DNA from: a virus
Taxonomy: Duplodnaviria > Caudoviricetes
Strand: one strand, 5' to 3'
DNA: 55,868 bases
Virus record (IMG/VR): IMGVR_UViG_3300009081_000016
Coordinates: 1-55,868 of that record
The position numbers were made by a program, and so were the translations under genes. The number at the start of each line of letters is the position of its first letter. Position 1 is the first letter of the stretch. Shown piece after piece: positions 17,285 to 26,133 of this stretch. The notes beneath the pieces are model-generated. The model did not search any database. It saw only the letters and a program-made list of their open reading frames with translations, and was not told the origin of the DNA.

Positions 17285-17970
17285 TTTCCCCCCCCAAACC
17301 TTTTTCGTCTAATCGTAAGAATCTTTTCGGGAGAGGACTTCTTTGTAGAACGCGCCACTCTATTCCCCCGATCAAAGAATTTGGAGTAGAGGCGTTCAAG
17401 ACGTAGCGTATTATCATCGTCCGGAACTACGATTTCTTCCCCTCGCTTAATCGCGCTCCAAAAGGCTTTGGCTTCCTTCCTTTCCTCACTTCGCTTTGCT
17501 CGGCGCTCCTGCCGATCCAAACGTTCCTTCTTGATACGGGCGCAGGTTTCCCAAGCTGCGTCCACTTCGTCCATTGACAGGGTAGGAGCCACGGCGGGAC
17601 AGCGCTGAGCTATGTATTTGGGCTTAGTAATTCCGAACCATTCGGCAGACAGCAGACCTCTCTGATGCTTTAATTCAAGGAAGCCTATAAAGCGGCCATC
17701 CTCCAAAACTTGGTCACTGGAAACAGTCAGCAACTTTTCCGCGTGACCCACCCGTTCGAAGGTGCATATCCATCGGGGAACAGAGGGGTCCTCATCACCC
17801 ACCAAACGTTCCGTAAGTAACCATTTTGTGTGGTGCAACCCAATCGCAACCTTCTCCCACTCCGGACAACGATCCGGTTCAGCCAACTCCAGCGTAACGA
17901 CATCCCCTCGCCTGAGCCAGAGTATTTGTGCTCGAACGAGGAATAGCCCTTTCCTCTCGTACCAATTCAT
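17281..17970 (-). CDS. Hypothetical early protein
   Basis: TTAGGAGG RBS; 229 aa. Confidence 0.75.
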   Translation of the reverse strand: MNWYERKGLFLVRAQILWLRRGDVVTLELAEPDRCPEWEKVAIGLHHTKWLLTERLVGDEDPSVPRWICTFERVGHAEKLLTVSSDQVLEDGRFIGFLELKHQRGLLSAEWFGITKPKYIAQRCPAVAPTLSMDEVDAAWETCARIKKERLDRQERRAKRSEERKEAKAFWSAIKRGEEIVVPDDDNTLRLERLYSKFFDRGNRVARSTKKSSPEKILTIRRKRFGGGK

Positions 17971-17990
17971 AATGTCCTCCTAAGAAATAA

Positions 17991-18059
17991 ACAGAACTCC
18001 CCCCGTGGGTGGGGTTCCATTAGTCGGACTGGGGAAAATCCGATTCGGGGGGAGTCTGT
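17991..18059 (-). ncRNA. Structured intergenic element (multi-branch stem with C-rich loops)
   Basis: Outer stem acagactccccccg / cggggggagttctgt; inner tcgga-ttttccccag-tccga. Confidence 0.5.
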
Positions 18060-18083
18060 AATTGCAAGAGCCAATTTTGGGGT

Positions 18084-18659
18084 TTACCCTTCGAGGAGTT
18101 TCTCCAACAGGGAGATGATGCGACTCTGCTGCTTCTCGAGATTTTGAGTCGTCTCATATATCCGACGAACCGCTTCGTTCTTGCCCACACGTCCGGTCTT
18201 TTCTTCCTTGTTTTTCCCATAACCGAAGTGCTTCTTGAGGGCACCCAGCAGGAACATATGTTCTACCGACTCATTTCCGGTGGACTTTGGGCAGGGTATG
18301 GAGTTCTTCTCGCAGAGTTTACGCATCGCGGCGTTGCTCATAGCCTTTAGAGACTTTAGAGAAGGACGATCCCCTTCTTCCTGTTCTTCAACATCAGGAC
18401 GTTCCTTTTCAACAACCGCAGCCTTCTTTTTCTTCTTGTCTTTCTTGTCGGGAAGATGCATGTTCGTTTCTCCTTTCAAATTCCGTATGGTTCGTATTTC
18501 TTTTAGAAGCGGATTGTAACGTTCGGGCTGATGGTAGTCTTCGGCCCACCTCTCCCGTAGGTTGGGGGCAATGGCGGATTTCTGCAACGCTTTAACCTGC
18601 AGTGCTTCCTCCACCCGACGTGCCGCACGGTTCATCCGAGATTCGATCAATATCTTCAT
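18084..18659 (-). CDS. Lys-rich protein with HeH/Rho-N-like segment and C-terminal coiled coil; strong internal start at 18461
   Basis: SLKAMSNAAMRKLCEKNSI; AAAGGAG before ATG 18461; ATGA coupling at 18659. Confidence 0.65.
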   Translation of the reverse strand: MKILIESRMNRAARRVEEALQVKALQKSAIAPNLRERWAEDYHQPERYNPLLKEIRTIRNLKGETNMHLPDKKDKKKKKAAVVEKERPDVEEQEEGDRPSLKSLKAMSNAAMRKLCEKNSIPCPKSTGNESVEHMFLLGALKKHFGYGKNKEEKTGRVGKNEAVRRIYETTQNLEKQQSRIISLLEKLLEG

Positions 18660-18946
18660 GAGACTCTTGTAAGATCTCCCTGTGAGGAGACATTCCAAAC
18701 GGGATCGGCGCTGTTGGACGCCAAAAAGTTGTAGCCCGATTCCATTGTCCGAAGGATACTAACCATTTCGGGACGTGCCTTGCTTAAGGAACTCCTTTCA
18801 TACCACAACGTAGAACACCCGAAGTATTCCACCTCTTCGGAGGGGGGAACTCCCAAAATCTTTTGGGCTATCCATGAGTGAAAGAGGCGCAGGGTAATGT
18901 TGAAGAATCCTCGGTGGCTTGTTATGGCAACCAATTCGTAAGTCAT
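18656..18946 (-). CDS. Hypothetical early protein
   Basis: ATGA-coupled at both ends. Confidence 0.65.
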   Translation of the reverse strand: MTYELVAITSHRGFFNITLRLFHSWIAQKILGVPPSEEVEYFGCSTLWYERSSLSKARPEMVSILRTMESGYNFLASNSADPVWNVSSQGDLTRVS

Positions 18947-19359
18947 AGAGACGTCCCTTCCTTCGTCGGCGAAGAAAACTTTGAATCGCCGTCACAAATG
19001 TCGAGTAGAACACGCAGTTGCAAATTGGGGCGGTCACTCTCATATACCACAATCGGAACCTCAGACCAGTGGACATCGTCGGCGTCCCAATACCGCCGAG
19101 TGGTTCCCTCAACTTCCTGGAGGTATAGGGTATGGGTGTAGCGGGACATTGATATACCGCTTACCCGGAAACCCGCCTCCGTAGCCTTCTTATATAGGTA
19201 CTCAATCTGTCGGCATACGGTATGGTCTTCGTACGACTTCTCGTTTAACCTCCCGGCCAAGATAATCGCGTCCGGATCAGATCGGCAAGTGTACTCCTCC
19301 AAATCTCCAGGGATGCTGTACACGTTACGACCTCGGGCCTCGAACTTTTGATTGGACAT
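18943..19359 (-). CDS. Hypothetical early protein (downstream of hammerhead 1)
   Basis: TTAGGAGG RBS before ATG. Confidence 0.75.
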   Translation of the reverse strand: MSNQKFEARGRNVYSIPGDLEEYTCRSDPDAIILAGRLNEKSYEDHTVCRQIEYLYKKATEAGFRVSGISMSRYTHTLYLQEVEGTTRRYWDADDVHWSEVPIVVYESDRPNLQLRVLLDICDGDSKFSSPTKEGTSL

Positions 19360-19384
19360 AATAGAATCCTCCTAAAGTGTTCCC

Positions 19385-19463
19385 TGGCTTGCCATCATCG
19401 GTGCCTACGTAGCCAACGTAGACAGAAGAAAGAGGTGGTCACGGCACCTCTTTCGTTTCGGCA
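19385..19463 (-). ncRNA. Type II hammerhead ribozyme with pseudoknot (HHR-1)
   Basis: tgcc GAAA c gaaagaggtg-loop-cacctctttc t TC | tgtctacgt tggct acgtaggca CCGATGA t ggca agcca; loop I tggct pairs with 3' tail agcca. Confidence 0.85.
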
Positions 19464-19484
19464 TAGGGGAGGAAGAGAAAAGGA

Positions 19485-19799
19485 TCAGTCGGCGTTTGCC
19501 TTCAGTTCCTTGCGGTATTCCCGCACCTCGCGGACGGTGTCGGAAAGATAGGCAATCACGACCTTCGCGGACTGGTGCATCCGGCACTCGTTGCGCTTCG
19601 CATGAAACTTGATGGCCTTCTTCCAGTCGCCGGAATCAACCAAGCCGATTTCCGCCTTGTCCAGCGGATAGCGGTCTACCAGCTTGACGCGTTCGACGTT
19701 CTTTTCGGCTTTGGCTTTCTTCTTGGCTTTCTTCTTGCCGCCGTTGGAGGTTTCGTCTTCTTCGTGACGATGCTTTTTCGCTACTTTGATTTTCGCCAT
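19485..19799 (-). CDS. Small Lys-rich basic protein
   Basis: MAKIKVAKK...KKKAKKKAK; GGGAG before ATG 19799. Confidence 0.75.
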   Translation of the reverse strand: MAKIKVAKKHRHEEDETSNGGKKKAKKKAKAEKNVERVKLVDRYPLDKAEIGLVDSGDWKKAIKFHAKRNECRMHQSAKVVIAYLSDTVREVREYRKELKANAD

Positions 19800-19856
19800 G
19801 ATCGGATCTCCCATGATTTGGGTTTGTGGTTTTCCGTAATAACGGAGGGTATTGTT

Positions 19857-20276
19857 TTAGGCGTGCAACAGACCACCGCCAGTAGCGGCAGTATCAGACA
19901 TAACTTCAGGTATCTTGATCGCGACCTCCTTCGGAGAGGCCTGAACCTTCCAAGTGAGCAGACCCCAAACGGAGAGTTCGCTGCCTTCTGTCTCGGACGT
20001 TACCTGAATTCCGTAGGCTTCGGCCACCGTGGCCGCAGGATCAAAACCTGTGTATTCGTGCTCGATTGCCTTGCGGATCTTGGTGGAACTGAGCGAAGTA
20101 GGAATGCCTTCGTGGCCCTCGATCGTGGATGTAAAACCGCTTATCAGTTCCTTAAACGTAAGATCGGCATCGAGCGAAACAGAGAATAGCGATTCTCCCG
20201 GTCGGTTGTGGTGGTCGGTAAGATTATCGGCCCCACAAACGTCAATTTGTTTGAATGAACAGCCATAGGTTGGCAT
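19857..20276 (-). CDS. Hypothetical early protein
   Basis: CCTTAGGAGGACTT-ATG leader. Confidence 0.75.
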   Translation of the reverse strand: MPTYGCSFKQIDVCGADNLTDHHNRPGESLFSVSLDADLTFKELISGFTSTIEGHEGIPTSLSSTKIRKAIEHEYTGFDPAATVAEAYGIQVTSETEGSELSVWGLLTWKVQASPKEVAIKIPEVMSDTAATGGGLLHA

Positions 20277-20300
20277 AAGTCCTCCTAAGGATTGTTAAAC

Positions 20301-20714
20301 CTAAATCACAGTTCGCGGGTGTATCAGGTGATTGTCTTGGATCTGGTGGTGGAGAAACACTGTGTGAGAACCGTCTCCGGTAATAGGGAGGTAGATGTCC
20401 AACGAGTCCATGGAAGCATCCATTTCGTCGGTGTATCGATAGTAGTCCAGATCCCGAAACGACCCTCCCCACTCGAGCATAAGTTCGGAAGTGTTTTGCG
20501 AGTGCAGATAGACACGAACCAATTCTCCCAAACAAGTAACGGTCAGCTGGTAGGCGGAATCCCAAACTTGCATAATAAAACCGTTGGGGGAGCGTCCAGT
20601 GAGCGGCAAATTAATCACCCGCAAAGCGGGGGAGAAGGATCCATGAGTGAACGATCGTTTCAGAATCTTCTTGAAATCGTTCACCGTCTTGGGTTTGGGC
20701 AGTACCTTAATCAT
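20301..20714 (-). CDS. Hypothetical early protein
   Basis: AAAGGAG RBS; ATGA coupling. Confidence 0.7.
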   Translation of the reverse strand: MIKVLPKPKTVNDFKKILKRSFTHGSFSPALRVINLPLTGRSPNGFIMQVWDSAYQLTVTCLGELVRVYLHSQNTSELMLEWGGSFRDLDYYRYTDEMDASMDSLDIYLPITGDGSHTVFLHHQIQDNHLIHPRTVI

Positions 20715-21295
20715 CGGTAGCTCCTTTCAACAAAGGAAACAAAGCCGAAGAAGAAAACGACGTCCTCCGTCGGTTCCTTATCGTTTGGATCGTCTTTCGC
20801 CAACAGAACCTGCCCAACGTTTGGATCGAGTGCCAACCAATCGGTAATGGCGTGTTCCGCCTCATCCAATTCGATCCCTGCCTCCAGAGCAGAAACCATC
20901 AACGCATCGTTATTGGAGAGAAGCGATTCTACCATCTCTCGTTGCGTGGTATTATTGTTCAGATAGATGAAACTGAATCCAGGGAGTTCTACCGAAGGAA
21001 ACTGCGAGATGGGGCTAATCCCCAGCGTAACGAAGACAACCCTTCGGGGAGGTCTCCCGAAGATAATTGGTTTCGTACCATCGCAGAGGTTGTTTCCGAT
21101 GATCGAAAGGTTGCATAAATAATTGGTAACGGTTTTGAAGGATGGGTCGTTACGGATGACCCGGTCTTCCTCAACGTAGACTATGTTCGGTTCGCTATCT
21201 TGGGGGAGGTCCCCCAAAACATAACCACCAATCTCTGGTCTCCACAAGCAGCCATTCTCGGTCAACCAGTTTTTTACTTGTCGGGAAGTAAGCAT
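20711..21295 (-). CDS. Hypothetical early protein (downstream of hammerhead 2)
   Basis: TTAGGAGG RBS; first gene after the large non-coding region. Confidence 0.75.
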   Translation of the reverse strand: MLTSRQVKNWLTENGCLWRPEIGGYVLGDLPQDSEPNIVYVEEDRVIRNDPSFKTVTNYLCNLSIIGNNLCDGTKPIIFGRPPRRVVFVTLGISPISQFPSVELPGFSFIYLNNNTTQREMVESLLSNNDALMVSALEAGIELDEAEHAITDWLALDPNVGQVLLAKDDPNDKEPTEDVVFFFGFVSFVERSYR

Positions 21296-21326
21296 GACAG
21301 AATCCTCCTAAGGAGTTGAAACCGTG

Positions 21327-21405
21327 GGCTTGTCATCATCGGTGTGTAGGGAGCCACCCTAACACAGAACGCCAGGTTGCGGGAACAATACCTGGCGTTT
21401 TCGAC
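21327..21405 (-). ncRNA. Type II hammerhead ribozyme with pseudoknot (HHR-2)
   Basis: gtc GAAA acgccaggt-loop-acctggcgt TC | tgtgt(t)aggg tggct ccctacaca CCGATGA t gac aagcc. Confidence 0.88.
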
Positions 21406-22020
21406 GTCGAAAAGGTAGCGGCCGACATCTCGCTTCCGGTCGTGGGCTGATTACCTGTGAACTCCAGTTTTAAACCAGAACAAACCGTTTTCTGAACAGA
21501 CCTTTCGCGTCCCATTGAATTCGCCCACTCCCTCCGCAAGTTTCTCAACTTGGGGTCGGCTAATGAGGGCATGAGAAAGAGCAAGGCGTGGTTTTCGCGA
21601 TAACCGCGAGAGACGCTACCGGGATTCAGCGGCACAGACGGGGGTCCCTTTCCAAAGGGGGTCAACCGTCGTCATGTCAGAGAACCGTAACCTTTACGCA
21701 TTCAATTTACAAAGAAAAAACCGCTTTCGCAAGAACTTTCTGGGGTTTCTTAGGGCTACTAAGTTAAGCAAAACCGGAAACTTAGGGGTAAAAGCACCTG
21801 AAAAGGAGAGGCGTAACAACCCCCCTTTGGGCCCCTTTTCGGGGGGTATTAAGTTACGCAAAAAAAGAAAGTTAGCCAAAATCGTCCTTTAAAGCCTCTT
21901 CAGGGCGTCCCCAGCTGGGGGGGTATAAAACCCCTAACGGCCGGAATACCCCCCGTAGACGACCCCCCAGGAGGGTAAAACCCCCGATAACGGGGTCTTC
22001 ATGAAGTAAAACGTCTGAAA

Positions 22021-22108
22021 AGGGGGGGTTGCTCACCCCCCTATAATATGTATTATCTATTATATAGAGTTATACATATTTAAGAATAGCTAACGCTATT
22101 CTTAAATA
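22021..22108. other. Candidate replication origin: AT-rich tract with tandem inverted repeats
   Basis: Perfect 14-bp IR tatttaagaatagc-taac-gctattcttaaata (22077-22108), aatatgtat/atacatatt IR, agggggg/cccccct; immediately downstream of primase. Confidence 0.5.
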
Positions 22109-22119
22109 GCTCTCGCGTC

Positions 22120-23031
22120 TTACGACGGCGAGAGCCTAAGACGAAGAGAGGAAATTCTGGAAAGGGTTTTAGCCGAAGAAATTTGTGTAACGAGTTGTGC
22201 TATATCCGAACTTCCGGGATCCTTTCCTGGGCATTCCGCGATACGTACAGAAGAGGCTCCTCGATTCTTAAGTTGTTCTCCCAACCAAATAGAGTCTCTA
22301 AGAGCATCTTGGTCCAAGCAGATAATAAATTCTTTTCTGGGAAAAGTGGAAACCAGAAGATCCAACTGTGCCCCACTGGGTCTCTTCCCTAAAAGACCCA
22401 CAAAGTGGGGGAACACACAATCGAAGGCTCCTTCCACTAAAACCGGAACAAGCGGGTGTAGATACACAGCTGCCTGTAGATTATAAAGCGCTCGATCCTT
22501 GCTCATCTTGGGGTTTAGGTACTTTGGTTCAAGACCGGATACAATGGATCGGGCGGTGTGATAAACCAAATTATTCTGGTCATCGAAGCAGGGGAGTATA
22601 ACACGGTTGTACAATCGGCGATTGAACGAATACCCAACCCTCCGATCAGCGATCATCTCGTCTGTCCACCCCCGAATGTGCAGATAGTTCCGAACTCGCT
22701 CTGCATATCGTAACTCCCCCTCTTTCTGCTTCCCCAATTCGGTAAAGCCTGCTATTGCTACGTCTGGTGATGTCTCTTTCGTTTCTTGTTGCCGAGTTTT
22801 TTCGTGGACATAGATGCTGCCGTCGTATTCCCGGAGCATCTTAGAAAGCGTTGTAGAGTATCCACAACGGAAACAATGGCACACGCCTAAGTCATCATTT
22901 ATAGAAAGGTGGAAACTCGTATCGGGGCTAAGACCCCTAAGAGTACAGAATGGGCAGCTAACGCCATACTCTGTTCCATTCTTCCCGCTACTCTCCTTAT
23001 ACATCCCAAACTTTCTGAGATATTCCTTCAC
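22120..23031 (-). CDS. DNA primase (CHC2 zinc finger + TOPRIM)
   Basis: CPFC...H...CHCFRCG, RVILP, PKYLNP, VLVEGAFD, CLDQD. Confidence 0.93.
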   Translation of the reverse strand: MKEYLRKFGMYKESSGKNGTEYGVSCPFCTLRGLSPDTSFHLSINDDLGVCHCFRCGYSTTLSKMLREYDGSIYVHEKTRQQETKETSPDVAIAGFTELGKQKEGELRYAERVRNYLHIRGWTDEMIADRRVGYSFNRRLYNRVILPCFDDQNNLVYHTARSIVSGLEPKYLNPKMSKDRALYNLQAAVYLHPLVPVLVEGAFDCVFPHFVGLLGKRPSGAQLDLLVSTFPRKEFIICLDQDALRDSIWLGEQLKNRGASSVRIAECPGKDPGSSDIAQLVTQISSAKTLSRISSLRLRLSPS

Positions 23032-24284
23032 GATTGAATCTCCCGGATTGTTCGAGTATGGGTTATTTCCATCGGAACTGAAATCCCCCGTTTGGTATTT
23101 CGACTATAGGTCACAAATAACCGCATTAGATCCCTGCGGAGTTCCTGATCAGTTTGGTTTATGGACATAACGAAGTCGGCGGTAGCAATCTTTCTGAAGT
23201 CTTCGGCAACATCCGTTCCCTCCACAAGTGCTGCGCCTACACTGTCTTTATTTGTTTGACTGGCTGTCCAAAGAGGAATCTGTAGTTCCACAGCCAGCCC
23301 TCGCAAGCCAACATAAATATCATTAAGATTATGTCTTGGATCCTTATAATGCTTTTCTGGCGCCATCAGATCGGCGTAATCTACAATTACCAATCCAACC
23401 TTCTTGTTGTTTTGGGCCTCCCATGATAACAGAAACTGCCGCAAGGAATTTACGGTAGGATGACCGGAAGGATATTGCTTGAACGTTACCGGAGATTTAA
23501 CCACCCGTCCAACGCTGCTTACTCGATCTTTTACTTCCTGGGGAAACTCTCTGGTCTCATCGAACTCTCGTCCCGACAATAATGCATCCAACCTTGCGGC
23601 CAGAATGAGTTCGGCCACTTCCATCGAAAAGTAAACAGAAGGGGTACGGGTCAGGAGCGCTCCCAATATTAGATGCAATAGAAGCTGTGTCTTGTTGCTT
23701 TTAGGAGGAGCGATTATGAGACCCAATTCCCCACAACCCAAACCCCCACGAAGAACCTTGTTGATCGAGGGCCATGGAGTGGGGACTTGGGGGGGTAACT
23801 CTACCATACGACTTTCTCTCCCATGTATATCGAAGTAGGACAACCCCAACTCCCGCTCTTCCCGGTGCAGATCGAAGGCTGAATCTACGTCCCGTCTTAT
23901 CTGTTCGTAATCTCCAGCCTCCAGATGGTCTATGCAACGCGATAATGTTTCTCGAAGAGAACGGGAGAAGATGAATTCAGTAAGCAGTTCATCAACTTCA
24001 GCGGAAGTCATGTCAACTTCAGTCTCTTCAATGAGACCTAACTCTAACAAGCATCCGGATTGTATGGTACTGGGAAGTGCCTGTATTCTCTCCGCAAGGT
24101 ATCCCACACTTGGTCTTTCTCGGCCTCTGACCTTACAATCAGAAATCAGGGATAGTAATTGTGCTCGATAAGGATTGTCCATAAAATAGGTGGGCAGCAG
24201 GTGGGTAACGTAGGAATTGAAGAACCGTTCATCCACGATCAGTTGCTGCAGGATGTACCGCTCGAATTGCTCACTTATCTTCAT
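23028..24284 (-). CDS. dnaB: Replicative DnaB-like helicase
   Basis: GGLGCGELGLIIAPPKSNKT (Walker A variant), YFSME, IVDYADL, WTASQ, ADFV, SRN. Confidence 0.93.
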   Translation of the reverse strand: MKISEQFERYILQQLIVDERFFNSYVTHLLPTYFMDNPYRAQLLSLISDCKVRGRERPSVGYLAERIQALPSTIQSGCLLELGLIEETEVDMTSAEVDELLTEFIFSRSLRETLSRCIDHLEAGDYEQIRRDVDSAFDLHREERELGLSYFDIHGRESRMVELPPQVPTPWPSINKVLRGGLGCGELGLIIAPPKSNKTQLLLHLILGALLTRTPSVYFSMEVAELILAARLDALLSGREFDETREFPQEVKDRVSSVGRVVKSPVTFKQYPSGHPTVNSLRQFLLSWEAQNNKKVGLVIVDYADLMAPEKHYKDPRHNLNDIYVGLRGLAVELQIPLWTASQTNKDSVGAALVEGTDVAEDFRKIATADFVMSINQTDQELRRDLMRLFVTYSRNTKRGISVPMEITHTRTIREIQS

Positions 24285-24717
24285 GTGTTGTTACAATGTT
24301 TAAATCTCGATACTGAATAAATCGAGTTTGGGTTTGGGGGGAAAGCTGATTCCAGAGAACATTCAGAACATACAGAGGGTTTTCTCCGAAGGAGCTAACA
24401 ACGGATCGAAGCCACGCAATTTCTGCATCCAGTCTGTTTCCGTTTGCCGCAGGTTTTCGGGTGTGTACGACTTCGTTCATGATGTCAAGGCGAAAATATA
24501 AGGCTGCGTTCCATTTCTCTGAGGGCCTTAACGCCTTTAGGTATTCACCTACAGACAATTTACGGAGGAGTAATTCCATAACCACGTTACGAAAGACGGT
24601 GTAGTTTCTCTGTTTTCCCAAGGGAGAGTTTATGTTCAGATACCAACGACCAGTAATAGAATGCACCAAAATTGTAAATCTACGAACACGTATTTCGTTT
24701 GTTATATCGTGTGACAT
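24271..24717 (-). CDS. Hypothetical protein (possible helicase loader)
   Basis: ORF between SF2 helicase and DnaB; function inferred from position only. Confidence 0.6.
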   Translation of the reverse strand: MSHDITNEIRVRRFTILVHSITGRWYLNINSPLGKQRNYTVFRNVVMELLLRKLSVGEYLKALRPSEKWNAALYFRLDIMNEVVHTRKPAANGNRLDAEIAWLRSVVSSFGENPLYVLNVLWNQLSPQTQTRFIQYRDLNIVTTHEDK

Positions 24718-26105
24718 ATTTCTGCCTTGTGAAAGCGCTCCCTTATCATGTTGAATCGTTTCTCAGAATGTTCTTTAAGATAGGGAACATCGAACATAAA
24801 GTCGTGTATATGAACGACGTTTTCCCCTCCGCTCTTTTTCCGTTGGCCACGAGCAATGCTCTGAACAAATTTTATGGGACTCTCTAAGCCACCCCCCAAT
24901 GTAATCTGACGAATCTCTGGAACGTTGATTCCGGATTCGAGTATCGAACTGCTAACCAAAATCGAATATCGTCCTTGCTGAAAGTCTCGAAAACGGTGGT
25001 CTCTAACAGCTTCGGAAGTTCCTCCGTGCACGAATTTGGATCCAGAAAGACCCCTACAAATTGCTCTGCCTTGTTCTATGTTATTTATAAGAACGAGCCT
25101 CTGTAATTGCGGATAGGCGCGAGTGCAGTTGCGGATCAGGCAATGCATGAAGGGCGACTTATGCAGATAGTAGTCGTAATAATCCTGCCACGTTACCAAA
25201 GAAGGGAGCGTTCCATAGACCACTCTGGGAACAGAGATAGCGTGGTATATTACTCGAGCAATGGAACCTTCTTCGGTAGGTTCTTCCTGATCTAATCTAT
25301 AACGAAGAGGTCCCAACATTCCAATCAGTCTCCAGTTTCTCGCTCTATCATATTCAAGAGGAGTTGCGCTGAGACCCCAGCGGTAAAGAGCGTTGGTCAA
25401 CTGATTGAATACTCTTTGGTAGGTATCGGCTCCCCCCTTATGACACTCGTCAACGACCACACAATAGACCTGGCTGAGATAGTCTGTAAGCCTCCTATCC
25501 CATATCCGTGCGGCCAGAAGCTGAACATTGGATATTGTAATTCGGTTTATGTCGTAGCGTTCGCCATCTATTGTTCCCACCAAAGCGGGATCTACCCCCC
25601 GCGTGACTAATCGTTTAGCCCACTCTTCCCTTATTTCGTTGGTGTGAACCACAATCAATACATCCCCCAAATTAACCACACTTTTGATGGCCGCGATGGT
25701 CAATTCAGTCTTTCCTACTGCTCCGGGAATCTCTATGATCCCCCGCTCCTTTTCAATTAAGAAGCGACCTGCTGTTATCTGCTCCTTCCGTAAAGTAATA
25801 GTCTCATTTGGACCAATCAAAGTCTTTTCCAACGGGGGAACAGCTTCGTTCATCCGGACTCGCCTGTCTAAAAGTTCGACAGGTATTTCATCCTCCCGAC
25901 ACAACCGTCGAATCATGGGGATCAGTCCTGAAGGAACACAGTTACCTTGGAGAAAACAAAAGGTTCCAGACCATTTCTTCTCCCGGAAGAGATGTGTGAA
26001 CGCCGATCCCTCAATGGGAACAGTTAGAACTTGTCGCAACCACAACTCCTCCATTGGTGAGGAGTAATCTATCGTGGCCACGTTATTTCTTAGGTATATT
26101 TTCAT
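24702..26105 (-). CDS. Superfamily 2 DExH helicase (UvsW-like)
   Basis: LRKEQ, AVGKT, VVDECH, LSATP, ESGINVP, QSIARGQR. Confidence 0.93.
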   Translation of the reverse strand: MKIYLRNNVATIDYSSPMEELWLRQVLTVPIEGSAFTHLFREKKWSGTFCFLQGNCVPSGLIPMIRRLCREDEIPVELLDRRVRMNEAVPPLEKTLIGPNETITLRKEQITAGRFLIEKERGIIEIPGAVGKTELTIAAIKSVVNLGDVLIVVHTNEIREEWAKRLVTRGVDPALVGTIDGERYDINRITISNVQLLAARIWDRRLTDYLSQVYCVVVDECHKGGADTYQRVFNQLTNALYRWGLSATPLEYDRARNWRLIGMLGPLRYRLDQEEPTEEGSIARVIYHAISVPRVVYGTLPSLVTWQDYYDYYLHKSPFMHCLIRNCTRAYPQLQRLVLINNIEQGRAICRGLSGSKFVHGGTSEAVRDHRFRDFQQGRYSILVSSSILESGINVPEIRQITLGGGLESPIKFVQSIARGQRKKSGGENVVHIHDFMFDVPYLKEHSEKRFNMIRERFHKAEICHTI

Positions 26106-26107
26106 AG

Positions 26108-26133
26108 AAAAAGAAGTCCCCTGTTGGGGGACT
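26108..26133 (-). terminator. Intrinsic terminator at the end of the late operon
   Basis: agtcccc-caaca-ggggact followed by tcttttt. Confidence 0.7.

Noticed and set aside
18005-18057. Pairing between the 17991-18059 and 50626-50698 elements (cccacccac/gtgggtggg; agactccccc/gggggagtct)
   Set aside because: The two matches are in the wrong order for one antiparallel duplex and are low-complexity G/C runs.
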